Below, piece by piece: positions 57,733-64,000 of a stretch of 64,000 bases of DNA. Source of the stretch: the human T2T-CHM13v2.0 reference genome, Homo sapiens. The translations under genes were made by a program, and so were the position numbers. How positions within the stretch are numbered: position 1 is the first letter of the stretch; the number at the start of each line of letters is the position of its first letter. The DNA lies in assembly GCF_009914755.1 (NCBI RefSeq), contig NC_060929.1. One strand, given 5' to 3'. The notes beneath the pieces are model-generated. The model worked only from the letters and a program-made list of their open reading frames with translations, searched no databases and was not told the DNA's origin.

Positions 57733-58272
57733 GAAGTAAACAGATATAACATTGTAAGGGAGGCCACCAGTGCAGAGAGTGGGATGGGGTAGGAAGGAGA
57801 GCCATACTTTGCTGAAAGGTTTAAGATATTTTACTTTATGCCTATATTTAACAAGGTCTTGACTTTCAGATAAAATAAGCCAAGTAGGCTGAGAATTCAG
57901 AAGCAAAAGATTTCAAATAACTCACAGGGCTTACCTTAAAGGGCAGAGTCTATATACAAGTTAATGTGCACAGAGCAAAAAACAGTTTTGTTTTGTTTTT
58001 TTCTGATTTGCTGCATTTTTCTTAACCTTAAAAAAAATCAATATCTTGGATAGGTATGCAGGAAAGAAGATGAGTGACTACCGCATATTATATCCTACAT
58101 ATTGTCATTTGAAAACTATTTTAATTATTTTTATGAAAATTGTTTAATACATTATATTTGCACATATTTATGGGTACAAACCAAAATTAAAATTCTAAGC
58201 CCCTCATTTGACTGAATAGGTCACCCTTTCAGCCAAGGAGATTACAAAGAAACCTGAAAAATGAGTTCAGGC

Positions 58273-59937
58273 TGTAACTGCTTAAAGGATTCATCTTGCC
58301 CACTGCCTAGACAGAGTCAATTTATAAAGACAGGGGTATAGCAATAGAGAAAAAGTAATTCACCTACAGCTGGCCATGTAGGAGATCAGAGTTTTATTAT
58401 TGCTCAAATCAGTCTCCCCAAGCATTCAGGGTTCAGAGTTTTTTAAGGATAATTTGGTGGGTAGGGGGACAGGGAGTGGGGAGTTCTGATTGGTCGGGTC
58501 AGAGATGAAATCAGAGGGAGTTGAAGCTGTTCTCTTGAGCTGAGTCAGTTCCTGGGTGGGGGCCACAAGACAAAATGAGCAAATTTTATAATCCTGGTGG
58601 TGCCAGTGACAATGATAGGAGGCAGCAAAATGTCTAGGCAGATAGGAGTGGGTACCGGGTGAAGCCCAGTTCCAAGCCAGAGACAGTTTACAGCCTGAAA
58701 GTCAAGCTACAAGTTAAATCCTGACAAGAGTGAGAACTTGTCTTCCAGTTTGGTGTGCTTTCCTCTGATTGATCCCTGCCCTTCACCTATTTTACATATG
58801 CCTACCCTTTCCTAATTGGCTTTCTACACTGTCATGCCCACCTTTGAGTGGTGTCTTCGCCTTAACCTTTTTTGCATACTTACAAACCAATTGGTATGCA
58901 CTCCCCATCCTGTGTCTATGAAGACCCTAGACTCAGTCAGTAGAGGAGAAGATGGCCTGACTTCAGGGGAGAGACAACCTGGCTTTGGGGAAAAGGACCT
59001 GCCCTTCCTGCCCTCTCTCCAGCTCCCCTCTCTGCTAAGAGACATTTTCATCACTGTATAAAACTGTTCGCCTTCACAATCTTTCAATCATCTTCACGAC
59101 TTCATTCTTCTTGTATGCTGGACAAGAGTTTGGGACACACCAAGTGTGAGTACTCAGAAAGACTGTCACACTGGCCCTTTGCCCTCACCAGTGGAGGGCA
59201 GCTGCCCTGAATGACGATTCAAAGGGCCAGTTGAGCTGCTAACACACTGCCATCCATGGTTGACAGAACCAAAGGAGCTCTGTGATACCCCTTTGGGGCT
59301 TCAGGGTTGTGGGCATCCTCACCTGGGCACTGCGTTGTCCTCGAGGTGACATGCCTGGTCTGGCCGCAGGCCCCGGATGGAGCTTACTCCTGTGTTGATG
59401 CCTGGAGCGGCCAGCCAGATCCCACACTTACTAGCTCACATGCTCCCTCCCACAACGGGTTGAGCACAGTGGGCCAAGTGGATGGGGGGCCCCTTCCCTG
59501 AGTTCATTGACAGGGCTGAGAAAAATCCTATATCACCAGCTGATCCATTGTGTGCAGGGTCTGCAAAATATTTTAAGCACTGATCTTAGATTTTACAATA
59601 GTTATGTTATCCCCAGGAGCAATTTGGGGTGGTTTAGAATCTTGCAGCCTCCAGCTGCATGACTCCTAAACTATAATTTTTAATCTTGTGTCTAATTTAT
59701 TAGACCTGCAAAGGCAGTCTAGTCCCCAGGTAGGAAGGGGCATTGGTCTGAGAAACGGCTGTTATTGTCTTTGTTTCAAAGCTAAACCATAAACTAAGTT
59801 CCTCCCAAAGTTAGTTTGGCCTAACCCAGGAATGAACAAGGATAGCTTAGAGGTTAGAAGCAAGATGGAGTCAGTTAGGTCAGGACTCTCTCAATGTAAT
59901 AATTGTCTCGGTTATAATTTTTGCAAAGGCAGTTTCA
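58273..59937 (-). mobile_element. LTR8 solo LTR (pieces 58273-58606, 59536-59937)
   Basis: TGTAACTGC...CTCAAATCAGTCTCCCCAAGCATTC...TTATAATTTTTGCAAAGGCAGTTTCA; TSD AGGC. Confidence 0.9.
58607..59535 (+). mobile_element. LTR27/LTR28-family ERV1 solo LTR
   Basis: TGACAATGATAGGAGGCAGCAAAATGTCTAGGCAGATAGG...GGGCTGAGAAAAATCCTATATCA; TSD CCAG. Confidence 0.8.
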
Positions 59938-60476
59938 AGGCCATGTCATGAAGTGGTGGTTGGACATACCTCATTATATCCTCTCCCTTTTGGAATTTAG
60001 ACACAACTGACCAGTATTAACATGAAAATAGATATCCTAAGATGAACAGAACAGACTCTTGGTAGCAATTAGATATCAACTTCAACTGACTCTGGTATAG
60101 CATCACATGACAGATAACAGGCCTAAAAGGAAATCAAAGTATTTTACCCTAAAATATATTTCCTTGATATATTTATTAAAAGCCCTGCAAAGTGGCCTCT
60201 TGTGTGGGAAATATACATTTGTAGAGAATCCACTTCCCTTTCTAGGTCTTCCCCTCATCCAGGAGTAAATTTAATTAAGAGTCTGACACCTTGTAATTTC
60301 AGATGAAAGCCATTTACCATGTATTCTCTTTGAAGCTGCTACCTGGAAGCTTCATCTACATGACAAGAACTTTGGCTTCCACAACCGCCCACCTTAACTT
60401 AACTCAAGCTGACTTCACCTATTCAGGAAGAGTTTAACTCTTTCAGCTGATTGCCAATCAGAAAATCTTTGAGTCT

Positions 60477-60839
<363 letters not shown>

Positions 60840-61255
60840 CTAACTCTCCCCACCCCACCCCCACTTTGAGATGTCCTGCCTTTTCAGGTTGAATCAATGT
60901 ATAACTTACATGTATGGACTTATGTCTTTATCTGCAACTTCTGTTTTTCTAAATTGTATAAATTCTAGCTATAACCCAACCAACTTGGGCACATGTTCTC
61001 AGGATCTCCTGAGGCTATGTCATGGACCATGTCCTTAACTTTGGCAAAATAAACATCTAAATTGATTGAGACCTGTCTCAGATACTTTTAGGTTTACATG
61101 GGGTGTTTGTGAAATTTCGGTACATGTGTAGAACGTGTAATGAGATGATTCTGGAGACTCTCTGCAATATAATTTTTTCCTAAGACTGATTTCTGCTGTG
61201 CCATGTAATTCAATAAAACCAGAGCTTCTGTCCTCGAATTATACTTAGAAGTTTG

Positions 61256-61507
61256 TGTCAGGCCTCTGAGCCCAAGCCAAGCCATCGCATCCCCTGTGAC
61301 TTGCATGTATACGCCCAGATGGCCTGAAGTAACTGAAGAATCACAAAAGAAGTGACTATGCCCTGCCCCACCTTAACTGATGACAGTCCACCACAAAAGG
61401 AGTGTAAATGGCTGGTCCTTGCCTTAAGTGATGACATTACCTTGTGAAAGTCCTTTTCCTGGCTCATCCTGGCTAAAAAAGCACCCCCACTGAGCACCTT
61501 GCGACCC
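61256..61507 (+). promoter_or_regulatory. Truncated 5' LTR7 (U3 enhancer part only)
   Basis: LTR7 sequence runs to GAGCACCTTGCGACCC, then jumps to the leader repeat. KLF-like GCCCCACC at 61365-61372; ACAAAAG at 61343 and 61393. Confidence 0.85.
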
Positions 61508-61716
61508 TCGACTTCTTATATCTCTGCGCCCCAATCCCTTATTTCCACGCCCCAACGTCATATCTCTGCACCCCAATCCCTTATTTCTGCGCCCCAACCT
61601 CTTATATCTCTGCACCCAATCCCTTATTTCTGCACCCCAACCTCTTATCTCTGTGCCCCAATTGCTTATTTCCACAGCCCAACCTCTTATCTCTATGCCC
61701 CAATCCCTTATTTCCG
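61508..61716 (+). repeat. HERV-H leader tandem repeat (~20/21-bp alternating units)
   Basis: Repeated (CTTATATCTCTGCGCCCCAATCCCTTATTTCC..GCCCCAAC)n. Confidence 0.9.
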
Positions 61717-62082
61717 GTCTAAAGGCCGTCTTATTCTCAATATACATTTTATTACCCAATCTGCTCCTGACATTAAATAAAACTCCAAAAATTGGAATCT
61801 GGCCCTCAAACCCCACAACAGGACTTAATTAACCTCACCTTCAAGGTGTACAATAACAGAAAAAAGTTGCAATTCCTTGCCTCCACTGTGAGACAAACCC
61901 CAGCCACATCTCCAGTACACAAGAACTTCCAAACGCCTGAAGGGCAGCAGCCAGGCATTCCTCCAGAACCTCCTCCCCCAGGAGCTTGCTACACATGCCG
62001 GAAATCTGGCCACTGGGCCAAGGAATGCCCGCAGCCCGGGATTCCTCCTAAGCCGCATCCCATCTGTGTGGGACCCCACTGA
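61717..62082 (+). pseudogene. gag: HERV-H gag 3' remnant (capsid end + nucleocapsid zinc knuckle)
   Basis: [14 protein letters not shown] and CCHC knuckle [14 protein letters not shown]. Confidence 0.9.
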
Positions 62083-62232
62083 AAATCAGAATGTTCAACT
62101 CACCTGGCTGCCACTCCCAGAGCCCGTGGAACTCTCGCCCAAGGCTGTCTGACTGACTCCTTCCCAGATCTTCTTGGCTTAGCTGCTGAAGACTGACACT
62201 GCTGGATCGCCTCAGAAGCCCCCTAGACCATC

Positions 62233-62600
62233 ATGGACGCCGAACTTTGGGTAACCCTCACAGTGGAAGGTAAGCCCATCCCCTTCTTAGTCAATACGGA
62301 GGCTACCCACTCCACATTACCTTCTTTTCAAGGGCCTGTTTCCCTTGCCTCCATAACTGTTGTGGGTATTGACAGCCAGGCTTCTAAACCTCTTAAAACT
62401 CCCCAACTCTGGTGCCAACTTAGACAGTACTCTTTTAAGCACTCCTTTTTAGTTATCCCCACCTGCCCAGTTCCCTTATTAGGCTGAGACACTTTAACTA
62501 AATTATCTGCTTCCCTGACTATTCCTGGACTACAGCTATATCTCATTGCTGCCCTTCTTCCCAATCCAAAGCCTCCTTTGCGTCCTCCTCTTGTATCCCC
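62233..62600 (+). pseudogene. pro: HERV-H protease remnant
   Basis: VTLTVEGKPIPFLVNTEATHSTL, with the catalytic DTG replaced by NTE; stop at 62485-62487. Confidence 0.85.
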
Positions 62601-62689
62601 CCACCTCAACCCACAAGTATAAGATACCTCTACTCCCTCCTTGGCGACCGATCATGCACCCCTTACCATCTCATTAAAACCTAATCACC

Positions 62690-64000
62690 CTTACCCCACT
62701 CAATGCCAATATGCCATCCCACAGCATGCTTTGAAAGGATCAAAGCTTGTTATCACTCACCTGCTACAGCATGGCCTTTGAAAGCCTATAAACTCTCCTT
62801 ACAATTCCCCCATTTTACCTGTCCTAAAACCAGACAAGCGTTACAAGTTAGTTCAGGATCTGCACCTTATCACCCAAATTGTTTTGCCTATCCACCCCGT
62901 GGTGCCAAACCCATATACTCTTCTATCCTCAATACCTGCCTCTAAAACCCATTATTCTGTTCTAGATCTCAAACATGCTTTCTTTACTATTCCTTTGCAC
63001 CCTTAATCCCAGCCTCTCCACTTTCACTTGGACTGACCCTGACACCCATCAAGCTCAGCAAATTACCTAGGCTGTACTGCCGCAAAGCTTCACAGACAGC
63101 CCCCATTACTTCAATCAAGCCCAAATTTATTCCTCATCTGTTACCTATCTCAGCATAATTCTCATAAAAACACACGTGCTCTCCCTGCCAATCCTGTCCG
63201 ACTGATCTCTCAAACCCCAGCACCTTCTACAAAGCAACAACTCCTTTCCTTCCTAGGCATGGTTAGTGTGGTCAGAATTCTTACACAAGAACCAGGACCA
63301 CACCCTGTAGCCTTTCTGTCCAAACAACTTGACCTTACTGTTTTAGCCTAGCCCTCATGTCTGCGTGCAGCGGCTGCCACTGCTTTAATACTGTTAGAGG
63401 CCCTAAAAATCACAAAATATGCTCAACTCACTCTCTACATTTCTCATAACTTCCAAAATCTATTCTCTTACTCGTACCTGACGCATATACTTTCTGCTCC
63501 CCGGCTCCTTCAGCTGTATTCACTCTTTAAAGTCCCACAATTACCATTGTTCCTACCCGGACTTCAATCTGGCCTCTCACATTATTCCTGATACCACACC
63601 TGACCCCCATGACTGTATCTCTCTGATTCACCTGATATTCACCCCATTTCCCCATATTTCCTTCTTTCCTGTTCCTCACCCTGATCACGCTTGATTTATT
63701 GCTGGCGGTTCCACCAGGCCTAATCGCCACACACCAGCAAAGGCAGGCTATGCTATAGTACAAGCCACTAGCCCGCCTCTCAGAAACTCTCATTTCCTTT
63801 CCATCATGGAAATCTATCCTCAAAGGAAATAACTTCTCAGTGTTCCATCTGCTATTCTACTACTCCTCAGGGATTATTCAGGCCCCCTCTCTTGCCTACA
63901 CATCAAGCTCGAGGATTTGCCCCTACCCAGGACTGGCAAATTAGCTTTACTCAACATGCCTGAGTCAGGAAACTAAAATACCTCTTAGTCTAAATAGACA
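62690..64000 (+). pseudogene. pol: HERV-H pol remnant (RT N-terminus, RNase H, start of integrase), multiply deleted and frameshifted
   Basis: NSPYNSPILPVLKPD..YKLVQDL and VLDLKHAFF (RT); NRHTPAKAGYAIV (RNase H); HQARGFAPTQDWQ (integrase start). Confidence 0.9.

Larger units (their letters stand above)
61256..64000 (+). mobile_element. HERV-H provirus (deleted form), runs off window
   Basis: LTR7 start TGTCAGGCCTCTGAGCCCAAGCCAAGCCATCGCATCCCC, then leader repeat and gag/pro/pol remnants. Confidence 0.97.

Noticed and set aside
61508-61716. Periodic repeat as a CRISPR-like array, and ORFs 61424-61816 / 61499-61780 as repeat proteins
   Set aside because: There are no unique spacers. This is the HERV-H leader tandem repeat, and the ORFs result from its periodicity.

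Overview
AT-rich primate (human/great-ape-like) non-genic or intronic DNA dominated by transposable elements. I find no intact cellular protein-coding gene, RNA gene or prokaryote-type system. The long ORFs in the track are decayed L1 ORF2 (1-3.7 kb), Alu-derived reading frames or HERV-H gag/pro/pol fragments. Main contents: a young L1PA2/3 3' portion; an HML-3 (MER9) solo LTR; old L2, MIR, L1M and MaLR fossils; a MER53 palindromic MITE; Tigger3; an L1PA16 hosting two later L1 insertions, one of them twin-primed; a decayed ERVL provirus with a 410-bp tandem duplication; a four-level nested L1MA>MER4>LTR8>LTR27/28 stack with all TSDs readable; and an HERV-H provirus whose 5' LTR7 keeps its U3 enhancer but has lost its promoter, R-U5, PBS and most of gag. 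The most speculative lead is a possible plus-strand spliced lncRNA or micro-ORF transcript made of L2-derived exons (8.1, 18.1-18.3 and 39.4 kb). Repeat subfamily names come from recalled consensus similarity, not from a RepeatMasker run. Boundaries of old elements are approximate.
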